The notes beneath the pieces were generated by a model that did not search any database, was not told where the DNA came from, and saw only the letters and a program-made list of their open reading frames with translations. A stretch of DNA of 64,000 nucleotides, from the IMG/VR virus record IMGVR_UViG_3300025087_000034, one strand, 5' to 3'. The DNA comes from a virus (lineage: Duplodnaviria; Caudoviricetes). The position numbers and the translations under genes were made by a program. This document shows, piece after piece, positions 1 through 9,797 of the stretch; the stretch's first letter is position 1, and every line of letters begins with the position of its first letter.

Positions 1-816
1 TCCGAACTATTAGTTGTAGGGTCTTCCCCTAAAGATAGTAAAAATGTAGAGGAATTGATATCTTTCGGAATAAAATATGCATTAGATTTAAACGACACAG
101 AAGATTATGCGTTTGATAAATCATCTTTCGAGGGCTATCTTAGAGTACCAATTAGTAAGTATTCCCCCCTCACTAAGCTACAAATAGATAGTTGTTTTAA
201 GTTTATATATGACTGTGTTTTAGTAAAGAATAAAAAATTATTTGTGCATAGTAAGATGGGCTTTGAAAGGCCCCCAGTTATCATGGCTTTGTTCTTGGTG
301 GCAGATAAGGATCTCTCTTTTAAAACTGCTATTTCCGTATTGATGAGTAAGCATGAGGCGATTCGACCGAACAGGGACTTGATAACTGCTGAGGTTCTTG
401 ATTATGTATATTCCCTTCGTGGGAAGTTGAAGGAAAAGTATGGCGGAAGTATAGCACAGGATAAGGGTATAGGGGAGGAGGTTCGACTATTAGGGAAGCA
501 GCCTGTTTCTCCTATTAATATTCTTGGCAATTTGTACGTATGTTGCAATCTAAATACTGATGTAGTGTCATATTTAAAAAACAATTCTATAGATACAATT
601 ATAGATTTAAATATGAAACCAATAAAGATGACTCAAGAAACTTCTTGGTTCAAGAAATTGCACTTACCTGTGTTTTTGGACCAGGTTGATTATATATTGC
701 CAACTGTATTAAAATCAGTGAATAAGTATATAAATAAAGGTAAAGTTATGCTTGTTTGTGAGGATGAGGGTGTCTTATCTCTGGTTGTTGAAAAAATATC
801 TATTCACGTATCATAA
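1..816 (+). CDS. Tandem dual-specificity-phosphatase-like protein, 5'-truncated by the window edge; both domains look catalytically degenerate
   Basis: Frame is open from base 1 (SELLVVGSSPKDSKNVEELISFGIKYALDLN). P-loop reads FVHSKMGFERP versus HCxxGxxR; second domain ends VMLVCEDEG. Confidence 0.6.
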   Translation, partial: SELLVVGSSPKDSKNVEELISFGIKYALDLNDTEDYAFDKSSFEGYLRVPISKYSPLTKLQIDSCFKFIYDCVLVKNKKLFVHSKMGFERPPVIMALFLVADKDLSFKTAISVLMSKHEAIRPNRDLITAEVLDYVYSLRGKLKEKYGGSIAQDKGIGEEVRLLGKQPVSPINILGNLYVCCNLNTDVVSYLKNNSIDTIIDLNMKPIKMTQETSWFKKLHLPVFLDQVDYILPTVLKSVNKYINKGKVMLVCEDEGVLSLVVEKISIHVS

Positions 817-852
817 AGAAGAGCAGGAGGTTTTTGATATTGTTCTTTTTAA

Positions 853-994
853 GCGGGTGTTTGTGTAAGTCCCTACACCGGCTACGGCCGGATAAAATCC
901 CGTTCCCTGTAGGGGAAGAGGGGCGGGTTGACTATACACCGCCTGCACGTTTTTTGCAGGCACAAGGCTAGGGTATATATACCCAAGAAAGGAG
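853..994 (+). ncRNA. Candidate structured leader RNA upstream of the receiver-domain gene
   Basis: GC-rich island with stems CCGGC-TACG-GCCGG (878-891), CCCTACA/TGTAGGG (871-877/908-914), GGCGG/CCGCC (922-943), GCCTGCA/TGCAGGC (941-961), palindrome GGGTATATATACCC (971-984), then SD AAGGAG. Confidence 0.4.
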
Positions 995-1001
995 TTTTTA
1001 A

Positions 1002-1355
1002 ATGCACATTTTAGTTTTGGATAATACACCAGACCTGCAGTTTAGGGAGGTTTTTGATCACTTATTGGGATCAAAACATGAAATAATTACTGTCAATACT
1101 GTAGAAACGGCAATAAGTAATATCCGTGCACGAGTATACGGAGCTATTTTTATTACGAATATTAAGGGTAGACATCTGTCTATTTATGAATTTATAGAGG
1201 CGTTAAAAACATCTAGTGTTAATAGACAGGCGAATGTGATTGTACTAAATGATATGTCTTCGATTTCACAAAGAATTAAAGCCTCGTTTGGAGGGAGAGT
1301 AGTACATTTTATTGCTAAGGAATATTTAGAAGAGCTTCTTAAAGGAGTAACCTAA
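1002..1355 (+). CDS. Stand-alone CheY-like receiver-domain protein lacking the phosphoacceptor Asp
   Basis: MHILVLDN start and beta/alpha pattern; GAIFITNI where DLILLD is expected. Confidence 0.5.
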   Translation: MHILVLDNTPDLQFREVFDHLLGSKHEIITVNTVETAISNIRARVYGAIFITNIKGRHLSIYEFIEALKTSSVNRQANVIVLNDMSSISQRIKASFGGRVVHFIAKEYLEELLKGVT

Positions 1356-1927
1356 TGTGTTATGTTGCGATTGATACAGAGACCACGGGTTTAATGCCAA
1401 GCATGAATGAGGTTGTCGAAGTAGCCTTGATTGTTTGCAACGATAGGTTAATCGAGACAGGTAGGGTATCGTTTAGGATGGATATAGAAAGGCCACAGAA
1501 CGCAGAAGCTCGTGCACTTGAAATTTGTGGTTATGATAAACATACGTGGAATCCTAAGTTTAAATCACATGCAGATGGTCTTAATTATCTTAATAAGTTT
1601 ATAGATTTTGCTATTTCTGAGTTTTCTTCCGCTCCTATTTTAGTAGGGCAGAACGTTAAGTTTGATCTTGGTTTTATGAATGAAGAATATAAAAGGGCGG
1701 GTATAGTCAACCCCTTTTCTAAAATGAGTCTTCTAGATTTACAAGAGGTGGCTCAGGTCTGGGCTGCCTACAAAGGTGTTCGTTTAAAATATAGGAGACT
1801 TTCTTATTTTTGTGAACTAGCTAATATTGTTAATGAAAGGGCCCATTCAGCAGAGGGTGATGTAGAAGCTACTTTAGCTTCAATGAGGGTCTTTTTGCTG
1901 GATTTGAAGGGGGTTGTAGGTGATTAG
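1355..1927 (+). CDS. DEDDh 3'-5' exonuclease (DnaQ/epsilon-like)
   Basis: IDTETTGL, GQNVKFDLGF, AHSAEGDV motifs. Confidence 0.9.
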   Translation: MCYVAIDTETTGLMPSMNEVVEVALIVCNDRLIETGRVSFRMDIERPQNAEARALEICGYDKHTWNPKFKSHADGLNYLNKFIDFAISEFSSAPILVGQNVKFDLGFMNEEYKRAGIVNPFSKMSLLDLQEVAQVWAAYKGVRLKYRRLSYFCELANIVNERAHSAEGDVEATLASMRVFLLDLKGVVGD

Positions 1928-2213
1928 TTCTAAAGAAATACATTTTAAGTTTAAGAGTGTACATATGGTGGTAACTGAAATGCTAGGAAAAGACGGTCTG
2001 GTTGAAGCTGTTTATCCGTCTGGTATTATTCCTAAAACAGAAGACGGGGAGTCTTTAAAATTGGCATTAAGTAGGCTTAATAACCTTTTAGCTACAGGGT
2101 TAAGAAGCAAGGAAACAATTACTCAATTGTTAAATAGGACAAGTAGAATAAATAGTTATGTGTTGGGTGTTGTTGGAAACCTCATAAATAATGACCTATT
2201 ACTCAACAAGTAG
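1920..2213 (+). CDS. Hypothetical protein
   Basis: 97-aa ORF overlapping its neighbours in an operon-like run. Confidence 0.5.
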   Translation: MISSKEIHFKFKSVHMVVTEMLGKDGLVEAVYPSGIIPKTEDGESLKLALSRLNNLLATGLRSKETITQLLNRTSRINSYVLGVVGNLINNDLLLNK

Positions 2214-2368
2214 TTTTAGGATTGGGGACTGTATTGGGTATTGCAGACGAGGCGGGGCTAAAGGTTCCATAGTTTTGGTAGTTGTGTTTTCAGACTATGA
2301 AATTGATGAGTATTATGAATTGCCATTTTTAGCAACTACGGATATTCCTATAGGGTTCCCTGTGTGTT

Positions 2369-3352
2369 TTGGCGGAAACGGAACCATATACCATAAAAAT
2401 TCTTCCGGCGGGTGAAAAAAATATGTTAAAATTACTAGATATACTAAAACTAATCCTGTCTAAAATATTGGTGCTTTTTAGTAAAAAAGATATAGTACAA
2501 CCTAAACAACCAGAACAAGCGGAAAAAGAACCAAAAGTTGAACCAGAACCAGAAGTAATTATAGAAGAAAAAGAAAGGGAGCTTCTTTCCCCTATACTAC
2601 ATAAAAGATATATTAGTCTTTATTGTATTGCTGATATGGTTTCTGGAAGTGTAAAATTGTTGGACAAACAAGATAATATAGTTGCGCTACTAACCAGCTA
2701 TTCGAAGTCTAGGTTAGACATGGAAGGTACTGGTCTACTCCCAGACGGGCGGGTTATAAATGTTGATGGTATGGCTTTGGGGGAAATGCGCTATAAGATA
2801 ATGGATTCTACTCGGCCATATGGGGTAGGTATATATGGTAAGGCATTAGAACCTTGGGTATCTCTTGCTCATCAGCTAAGCCAACTACTACAGTATAGCT
2901 TGTTTGGTAGGACTGTGGTAATACCCTCTATGCGGGGGTATGTTTTGCCAGACGGGAAGGTTCACACAGGAATTTTTAGGGTCGATGACACCGGGGGTGG
3001 CTTACATAAATGTCCGTATTCTAATGGTTTATGGCGCACGGGTAGCTCCAAGTCTGAATATGGGCAGTTTGACGTGTTCATTGGTGGACCAGAAAGCGTT
3101 TATAAGAAATTGTTAGGAAAGTGGGATAGTTATAAAGAAGTTTTTGTTATGCCTCGCGATTTAGACTCTCCTGATGGTATTCAAGAGTCCCTTAACTTAC
3201 TTCTTGACGCTGGCTTGAAGGTGGACGGTATAATAGGGCTCGCTTCAATGGCAGCCATAAATAGAATAAAGGCGATATTAGATCTTCCTCAAGATGGTTT
3301 TTGGTCTGACGATGTGAAACAGTATGTTTCAGACTGTTTAAATAGCTGGTAG
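2369..3352 (+). CDS. 3D-domain (MltA-like) cell-wall hydrolase with C-terminal peptidoglycan-binding-like segment; likely start ATG 2423
   Basis: FRVDDTGGG and QFDVFIG (3D Asp motifs); LKVDGIIG peptidoglycan-binding-like motif. Confidence 0.6.
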   Translation: MAETEPYTIKILPAGEKNMLKLLDILKLILSKILVLFSKKDIVQPKQPEQAEKEPKVEPEPEVIIEEKERELLSPILHKRYISLYCIADMVSGSVKLLDKQDNIVALLTSYSKSRLDMEGTGLLPDGRVINVDGMALGEMRYKIMDSTRPYGVGIYGKALEPWVSLAHQLSQLLQYSLFGRTVVIPSMRGYVLPDGKVHTGIFRVDDTGGGLHKCPYSNGLWRTGSSKSEYGQFDVFIGGPESVYKKLLGKWDSYKEVFVMPRDLDSPDGIQESLNLLLDAGLKVDGIIGLASMAAINRIKAILDLPQDGFWSDDVKQYVSDCLNSW

Positions 3353-3378
3353 TGTTTATGTTTTTGACTAGTTGAGGT

Positions 3379-4641
3379 TTGGATATGTTAAAAAAGTTTT
3401 TCTATGAAAATGTTAAACAAGTTTTTAAGGATAGGGGTTATACACTAATTAGCAAAGAGTATATAAATAGTCGTACAAAGTTGGGCTATGAATGCCCGAA
3501 AGGCCATTTAGGATCTATGACTTATAGTCATTTTCAACAGGGAAGTAGTTGCCCTGTTTGTTCTATTGAGAATAGCAAGCTTTCCTATGAAGAAGTTAAG
3601 AGGGCCTTTGATGATAGGAGCTATACGTTACTTAGTAAAGAGTATACAAATAAAACTATTAAGTTAGACTATGAGTGCCCAAAAGGTCACTTGGGGTCTA
3701 TGACTTATGGTAATTTTCAACAGGGAAATAGTTGCCCTGTTTGTTCTATTGAGAATAGCAAGCTTTCTTACGACGATGTTAAGAAAGTTTTTAGAGATAG
3801 GGGCTATATCTTACGCAGTAAGGAGTATGTAAATAGCCAAACTAAATTAGACTATGAGTGCCCAAAAGGTCACTTGGGGTCTATGACTTATGGTAATTTT
3901 TATCAGAAACACGCCTGCCTTGTTTGTTTTATTGAGAATAGCAGGCTTTCCTATGAAGAAGTTAAGAGGGCCTTTGATGATAGAGGTTATACACTACTTA
4001 GTAAAGAGTATGTGAATGTCCAAACTAAGTTAGACTATATATGCCCAAAAGGTCACCTAGGATCGATGACCTATGGTAACTTTCATCAAGGAAAGGGCTG
4101 CCCTATTTGTAACATAGAGAATAGCAAGCTTTCCTATGAAGAAGTTAAGAGAGCCTTTGACGGTAGAGGTTATACCTTGCTTAGCAAGGAGTATGTAAAT
4201 GCTGGCGCTAAGTTAGACTATAGGTGCCCTAAGGGTCATTTGGGGTCTATGATTTATAGTCATTTTCAACAGGGAAGTGACTGTCCTATTTGTTCAGATA
4301 GCTCTCCTGTTTCTAAAATTTCCCAAAAATGGCTAGCTTCCTTAGGGCTATCGTCGGAGATGGGAATTAGTAGGGAAGTTAGTTTGAAAATAGGGGATAA
4401 CAGGTTTAAGGTAGATGGTTTTGATCTTTCAACAAATACAGTTTATGAGTTTCTTGGGGACTATTGGCATGGGAACCCTAGTGTATTTGATCCTAATGAA
4501 GTGAACAAAAATAATAAAAAGACTTTTGGCCGGCTTTACCAAGAAACCTTGGAAAGAATTCACCTCTTAGAAGAAGCAGAGTACAATGTGGTTTATATTT
4601 GGGAGAAAGATTTTTTAGAAGGAAAGGGGTGTTGTAGTTAA
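3379..4641 (+). CDS. Zinc-ribbon repeat protein with C-terminal Vsr-like (PD-(D/E)xK) endonuclease
   Basis: Five 61-aa CPKGH...CPxC repeats; C-terminal VDGFD..NTVYEFLGDYWHG. Confidence 0.75.
   Translation: MDMLKKFFYENVKQVFKDRGYTLISKEYINSRTKLGYECPKGHLGSMTYSHFQQGSSCPVCSIENSKLSYEEVKRAFDDRSYTLLSKEYTNKTIKLDYECPKGHLGSMTYGNFQQGNSCPVCSIENSKLSYDDVKKVFRDRGYILRSKEYVNSQTKLDYECPKGHLGSMTYGNFYQKHACLVCFIENSRLSYEEVKRAFDDRGYTLLSKEYVNVQTKLDYICPKGHLGSMTYGNFHQGKGCPICNIENSKLSYEEVKRAFDGRGYTLLSKEYVNAGAKLDYRCPKGHLGSMIYSHFQQGSDCPICSDSSPVSKISQKWLASLGLSSEMGISREVSLKIGDNRFKVDGFDLSTNTVYEFLGDYWHGNPSVFDPNEVNKNNKKTFGRLYQETLERIHLLEEAEYNVVYIWEKDFLEGKGCCS
3430..4300 (+). repeat. Five tandem 183-bp coding repeats
   Basis: Units start at 3430, 3613 and onward; DRGYTLLSKEY..KLDYECPKGHLGSMTY is repeated. 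Confidence 0.9.
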
Positions 4642-4642
4642 A

Positions 4643-5077
4643 ATGGCCCGTGATATAAGAACGTATTTAGAAAATTATCTGGATAGCTATCCGGGTATGC
4701 TGGAGTGGTACACCAAAGTAGAAAGTGAGGCAGAGTTTGGCTATAGAGAAGTTTTAGTTGTGCAGCTTTTTAACGGTATAAGGGCTTTGGCAATATTGGA
4801 ACACGATTCTCCCATTGGTAAGCTGTGCCATGTATCTGTAGTGCCTATGTATAGGAGGCTGGGTCTTGGGATGTGTTTAGTTAGTAAGGCATTCGATAGG
4901 TTAATTGCTCGTGGTTCTGAGGAGATTGTTTTAACCACTGATTGGAGTACCTATTTAAATTATGGCCCATTTTTTCTAGGTTGTGGGTTTAACCCTGTTG
5001 GTGCTTTTATTCGTAAGGATATTTCGGGTGCTTTAGAGGTTATTTGGAAAATTAAGTTTAAAACTGCTATTAGATAA
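4643..5077 (+). CDS. GNAT-family acetyltransferase
   Basis: VSVVPMYRRLGLG (R-x-x-G-x-G acetyl-CoA motif); FFLGCGF. Confidence 0.75.
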   Translation: MARDIRTYLENYLDSYPGMLEWYTKVESEAEFGYREVLVVQLFNGIRALAILEHDSPIGKLCHVSVVPMYRRLGLGMCLVSKAFDRLIARGSEEIVLTTDWSTYLNYGPFFLGCGFNPVGAFIRKDISGALEVIWKIKFKTAIR

Positions 5078-5208
5078 GATAATCCTTCAGTGTTTGGGGG
5101 TTTTCCCAACCCTTCCTATAGTAAAATCCATACAAAAATAATATATATTAAAAATTTTCTCTTTACAGAGTTAAGCTATTTTTCTATTTATATAGGTGAA
5201 CGGGGACG

Positions 5209-6093
5209 ATGATCCTCAAGGAGAGAAGCATGGACGAGAAAACAATTGCTAGATTGAAGCAGCCGTTAAAAATTTATAGTTTGCCAGGTCCTAAGGGAAA
5301 AGAGTATAAGTATGTAAAGGGTGAGGACGTGATATCGGCTCTGAACGAGGCTTTTCAACACAATTGGTGTTCGGAGGTAAAAAATGTTATAACTATTGAC
5401 GGGCATGTTGTGGTACATGTTGCCATAACTGCTCAAGGGATCACTCATGAAGCTTTTGGTGGTGCTGATGTAGCTGTACACAAATATGGGGAAAGTCAGG
5501 GGAAACCAGTCAATATGTCTAACACATATAAGAGTGCTTTGACTAATTCTATAAAGAAGGCCAGTGAACAGTTTGGTCTTGGTCTTAATGTAGAGGATTA
5601 TGTTGATACAAATGATACCGAATATGGTGACCCCAGACCAAAGAATGAGATACCTAAAAATTTTGGCGGGCCACAAAAAACTCAACCAAAAACAACAGGT
5701 GAAACTACAGTATCAATAAAAAAACGAGAAGAGGTAAAAGAAGAACTACCAATAGATGTAGAACAACTTAAAAGGCTTGTATCAGCAGTAATTGCTAACT
5801 CTGACCCGATAAAAGAAGAACCAAAAAAACCGGATTCTTTAGTTAAATTATACACAGAAGAGCAAAAGACAGCTCAAGATACATTTCCTAAGTCAAATAC
5901 TGGTAAAATAAATGCTATTCAATTGGGAGCTATAACAGGCATGTGTAAGTTGCGAGGTATTTCTGTTACTGAGGTTGTGGTAGAGGCATTGGGACCCTTA
6001 GAATCTTCAGGTGACATAGATATTAATGATTTATCCTATAATGAGGGTGTCAAGATAATCGGCCATTTAAATGGAAAGAAGAAACTGAGTTAG
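5209..6093 (+). CDS. Rad52/Rad22-like single-strand annealing protein (Sak)
   Basis: YKYVKGEDVISALNEAFQHNW and YKSALTNSIKKASEQFGLG resemble the Rad52/22 core. Confidence 0.7.
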   Translation: MILKERSMDEKTIARLKQPLKIYSLPGPKGKEYKYVKGEDVISALNEAFQHNWCSEVKNVITIDGHVVVHVAITAQGITHEAFGGADVAVHKYGESQGKPVNMSNTYKSALTNSIKKASEQFGLGLNVEDYVDTNDTEYGDPRPKNEIPKNFGGPQKTQPKTTGETTVSIKKREEVKEELPIDVEQLKRLVSAVIANSDPIKEEPKKPDSLVKLYTEEQKTAQDTFPKSNTGKINAIQLGAITGMCKLRGISVTEVVVEALGPLESSGDIDINDLSYNEGVKIIGHLNGKKKLS

Positions 6094-6095
6094 TT

Positions 6096-8027
6096 ATGTC
6101 AAAATACGAGGTCGTTGAACGTCTTTGGGAATCTGCTGGATTTAATATCACAATACTACAAGTACCGCCAGACAAAATAGACGACAAACTGGCAATATTG
6201 TCAGATGGAAGTGGTTTATTAACTTCTTTTATGTATAACAGATTCTTGTTTAATACTTGTATTGTTGATCCCAGTAAGGTGTGGCCTTTCATGGGCAGCT
6301 TATCTGAAAATACTGACCTTGTTGTTAGTGCAGTTATGGATTTAAAGTCTCTGATTATTGAAGCTAATCCCTTACTTGATCCAAGAATATTGATAATAAA
6401 TGATGAAAATATAATAAGACTCCCAAATCAAGGTGACACGACCTCGACAGCTCGGCTACTAATAAACAATCCTCGTTGGGATGATACGAACGTAGAATCA
6501 GATGATGAGGAAGATATTGATAATTTCTTTTCTAATGCCGAGCCACCGAGGCTGCCTTTAAATGTAAATCCCAGTATTCCTTGGGCAGAAAAATTGGAAC
6601 TCAAGGAGTGGTCAACTACTGGTCTGGTTGTGTTAGTACTTAAATGTTCTGTTGACGATATTCCTGAAGTTTTTAAGGATAAGTATTCCTTTGCTAATGA
6701 TGATGGTGGTTATGAGGCATACAGATTATTCATTGTGGCAAAGACAGTAGCAGATTTTGCTGCTATGTTTCAACATTTGGATGAAATGGGTATAACAAAG
6801 AAAAACTCGCCCAAAGAATTAGTACGACAACTATATGAACTAGTTATAGAAGAAAATCCATTTCTAGCCTGGGAAAGTGTAGATTTGGATAAGGTAAAGA
6901 GGGCGGTAATAGCTAAATATGGTAAGCAGCAAAAACCGCATCTGAACAAGTTTAGTAAGGATAGTGTAAAAGGGGATAAGAATACTGAAACAAAGAAACA
7001 AGCAAGGTTAAGTAAAGATTTTTATAGGGAATTTTCCGATGTATCAGAAGAAGAGGTAAATACTTTAGCGGAAAGAATAAAACAAGAAGTAATAGGACAG
7101 GACCCTGTTATAGAAGAAATAGTAGATTCTATAAAACTAGCCAAATGTGGGTTTAAAGAAGAAGGTACACCTATTGCTACTTTCTTGTTAACTGGTGAAT
7201 CCGGTGTTGGTAAAACTCATTGTGCCAAAATGTTGGCTAAATATTTAACAGGTGATGAACATAATTTAGTTAGGGTGGATTGTTCCGAATATAGTCATAG
7301 CCACGAGATTTCAAAGCTTATAGGAAGTCCCAATGGTTATATCGGGTCTTCCGACACTACCAAGTTTTTTGAAATGATGACGAAAAGTCCATTTAGCGTG
7401 GTTTTATTTGATGAACTGGAAAAAAGTCATTCCAAACTCCATGACCTGCTGCTTCAAGCTATAGATGAGGGTCATCTCACAAACGGTAAGTCAGAAACGG
7501 TGTCCTTTGGTCAGGCTATTTTCTTGTTCACTTCTAATATAGGGGTTCAAGAAGTAAAGAGTGTTGGGAGCAGAATCGGTATAGGGGATGGTGCCGTAGT
7601 AACAAGGGATAAGAGGGCGGCTGCTATAACTGAAGCGGTAAAAGATAAATTTAAACCGGAATTCATTGGTAGGTTAGACGGTGTTCTTACCTTTGACGTT
7701 CTAAATAAGGATTCTTGTATGAGAATAGTAGACCTTCAGTTTAATAGGGTAAATGAGTTATTAGCAAAAAAGGACATAAGGATAGAGTATGACGAAGCTG
7801 TGAAGGAGTACATTTATAGTAGAGGATTCAAGAAGGGTTATGGTGCCCGTCCTCTGAAGAGGGTGGTGCGAAAAGAAGTGTTTCTTCCTGTTTCTAAACT
7901 GTTGTTGGAACAAAAGTTGTCTTCTAAGGTAGTTGTAAAGGTAGGTATTAGCGAAGACAAGTTAACCTTTAGTGTAGAAGGGAAAAAATCTAAGAAGAAA
8001 AAGAAGGAGGCTGCAAAAATAGAGTAA
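6096..8027 (+). CDS. Clp-family AAA+ ATPase with one ClpA/B/C D2-type module and a novel ~300-aa N-terminus
   Basis: Walker A GESGVGKT, pore loop GSPNGYIG, Walker B VVLFDELEK, FTSNIG...IGI, FKPEFIGRLD, YGARPLKR. Confidence 0.9.
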   Translation: MSKYEVVERLWESAGFNITILQVPPDKIDDKLAILSDGSGLLTSFMYNRFLFNTCIVDPSKVWPFMGSLSENTDLVVSAVMDLKSLIIEANPLLDPRILIINDENIIRLPNQGDTTSTARLLINNPRWDDTNVESDDEEDIDNFFSNAEPPRLPLNVNPSIPWAEKLELKEWSTTGLVVLVLKCSVDDIPEVFKDKYSFANDDGGYEAYRLFIVAKTVADFAAMFQHLDEMGITKKNSPKELVRQLYELVIEENPFLAWESVDLDKVKRAVIAKYGKQQKPHLNKFSKDSVKGDKNTETKKQARLSKDFYREFSDVSEEEVNTLAERIKQEVIGQDPVIEEIVDSIKLAKCGFKEEGTPIATFLLTGESGVGKTHCAKMLAKYLTGDEHNLVRVDCSEYSHSHEISKLIGSPNGYIGSSDTTKFFEMMTKSPFSVVLFDELEKSHSKLHDLLLQAIDEGHLTNGKSETVSFGQAIFLFTSNIGVQEVKSVGSRIGIGDGAVVTRDKRAAAITEAVKDKFKPEFIGRLDGVLTFDVLNKDSCMRIVDLQFNRVNELLAKKDIRIEYDEAVKEYIYSRGFKKGYGARPLKRVVRKEVFLPVSKLLLEQKLSSKVVVKVGISEDKLTFSVEGKKSKKKKKEAAKIE

Positions 8028-8036
8028 AAAACGAAG

Positions 8037-9422
8037 ATGGCAGTAAAAAATATAAGTAAAAACCACTTAATATTTGAAGTATTTCCTTGGCTTAGGAAAT
8101 GGGTAGACTGGGAAGCCAACAAAGAGGGGCTAGAAGACCTATCGTGTAGAAGTAAATACAGAATTTCTTTAAGATGCCCTGTGTGTGGCTACAGACTTAA
8201 ATATACAGTGTCAATGCTGAAAGAGTTGGTCCATAATTTAGAGTGTAGACGATGTAATAGTTTAGGTATAAAAAGGCCAGACCTTCTTAAATATTGGGAT
8301 TATAAAGCTAATATGTTAGACCCTTTTATAATTTCTCCTGGGTCTCATAAGACGGCTAATTGGAAATGTGAAAAATGTGGGTACAGTTGGACAAAAATAA
8401 TTAGGTATATGTCTTCCTTTACGTATTGCCCACGGTGTGAGTTTCCTGGTCATCATAGCAACCTGTTTGTAAACAGCGGTTCTGAAAATATAAGATTATG
8501 GGACTTGGAAAATAATAATATTGATATAGGTAGCGTAACAAAAAGGAATAAAGATAAACGGTACTGGAGGTGTCCTGATTGCAACCATAGGTGGGGGGCT
8601 TCCATAAGTACAATGTGCCTGCTCCCAGGATGCCCTTATTGTAAGGGGTTAAGTAAGCGTATTAGTAGGCTGGGCAATAAGACTAATAATAGTCTAGCAT
8701 TTTGTTTTCCGGATATAGCAGAGGAATTTTTAAGCGAGGAAAACGGTATAACACCAGACAGGGTATCCAAGTATTCGAATAAAAAGTATATGTGGCGGTG
8801 TAGAGTTTGTGGGGGTAAGTGGGAATCTTTTGTTTATAATAGAATAAGAAACCATGGGTGTCCCTATTGTAATAACCAGCTTCCTACAGAGACGAATAAT
8901 TTGGCCGTTCTTAAACCTGAATTGTTGTTGGAATTTAGTAGTAAAAACAATAAAAGACCCGAAGAATATATGGCACACACAAATAAAAAAGTTTGGTGGG
9001 AATGCCCCGTGTGCGATTTTGAATATTTAATGCGTGTTCATGACAAGACGAGAATAGACGGTAAGGCCTGTGGGTGCCCTCGTTGTGCTATAGGCATACA
9101 CGTTTCTAAGTCAGGAGCCACTTGGTTAGATAGTCTGAATATTAGTAAAGAATATAGAGAAAAGAAAATATATTATCAAGAAGGTACTTTAAAGTTCTAT
9201 AGGGTTGACGCTTTAGTAGGTAATACTGTGTATGAGTTTTTGGGTGACTTTTGGCATGGTAATCCTTCTATATATGCCGAAAATAGACCTAATAAAAAAC
9301 TGGGGGTGTCTTTTGGGGAATTATACGGCGAGTGGTTAAAGAGAAAAGAAATTTTAGAAAATTTAGGCTATATGGTTGTTTATGTATGGGAATCTGACTT
9401 CAAAAAGGGACAAGAACTATGA
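8037..9422 (+). CDS. Zinc-ribbon (treble-clef) repeat protein with C-terminal Vsr-like endonuclease
   Basis: Repeated W-x-C-x2-C..H..CPxC units; C-terminal VDAL..NTVYEFLGDFWHG, paralogous to the 3379 gene. Confidence 0.75.
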   Translation: MAVKNISKNHLIFEVFPWLRKWVDWEANKEGLEDLSCRSKYRISLRCPVCGYRLKYTVSMLKELVHNLECRRCNSLGIKRPDLLKYWDYKANMLDPFIISPGSHKTANWKCEKCGYSWTKIIRYMSSFTYCPRCEFPGHHSNLFVNSGSENIRLWDLENNNIDIGSVTKRNKDKRYWRCPDCNHRWGASISTMCLLPGCPYCKGLSKRISRLGNKTNNSLAFCFPDIAEEFLSEENGITPDRVSKYSNKKYMWRCRVCGGKWESFVYNRIRNHGCPYCNNQLPTETNNLAVLKPELLLEFSSKNNKRPEEYMAHTNKKVWWECPVCDFEYLMRVHDKTRIDGKACGCPRCAIGIHVSKSGATWLDSLNISKEYREKKIYYQEGTLKFYRVDALVGNTVYEFLGDFWHGNPSIYAENRPNKKLGVSFGELYGEWLKRKEILENLGYMVVYVWESDFKKGQEL

Positions 9423-9757
9423 GAACAGGCCTTAAAGGTTTAAATGAAGTACGCTTTTCTTTTACTGCTGTTTTTGTTCGCTATGGACATAAGCCAGGGT
9501 GGTTTGGTGCAGAAAGAACCCTCTTGTTTAAAAACGTTACTAATGTAGAAACCAATAAAATAGTAGCCGACCATGTGTGGTTTACTGGTAATAAAAGTTT
9601 TAGTAAGTATTTTTTCAAGGAAGGTGACCTGGTATCTTTTTGTGCTAGAGTTTCTACTTATGTAAAGGGCTATGTAAATAATAGGGAATATGTAGATGAA
9701 AGAACCCTAGATTATAGGTTAACCTACCCAACAAAAATAGTTTTAGTACGACAATAG
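9419..9757 (+). CDS. Hypothetical protein
   Basis: 112-aa ORF with ATGA overlap to the upstream stop. Confidence 0.6.
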   Translation: MRTGLKGLNEVRFSFTAVFVRYGHKPGWFGAERTLLFKNVTNVETNKIVADHVWFTGNKSFSKYFFKEGDLVSFCARVSTYVKGYVNNREYVDERTLDYRLTYPTKIVLVRQ

Positions 9758-9797
9758 TTTTGGTATAGTTTTATTTTTTAACCCGGGAGAAAAAACA

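Noticed and set aside
866-927. Twister ribozyme (CCGG..CCGGATAAAA...GAGGG resembles the rice twister)
   Set aside because: The hairpin loop is CTACGG, lacking the UCCC/AAGC pseudoknot bases, and I could not build P1/P2; kept only as an unassigned structured RNA.
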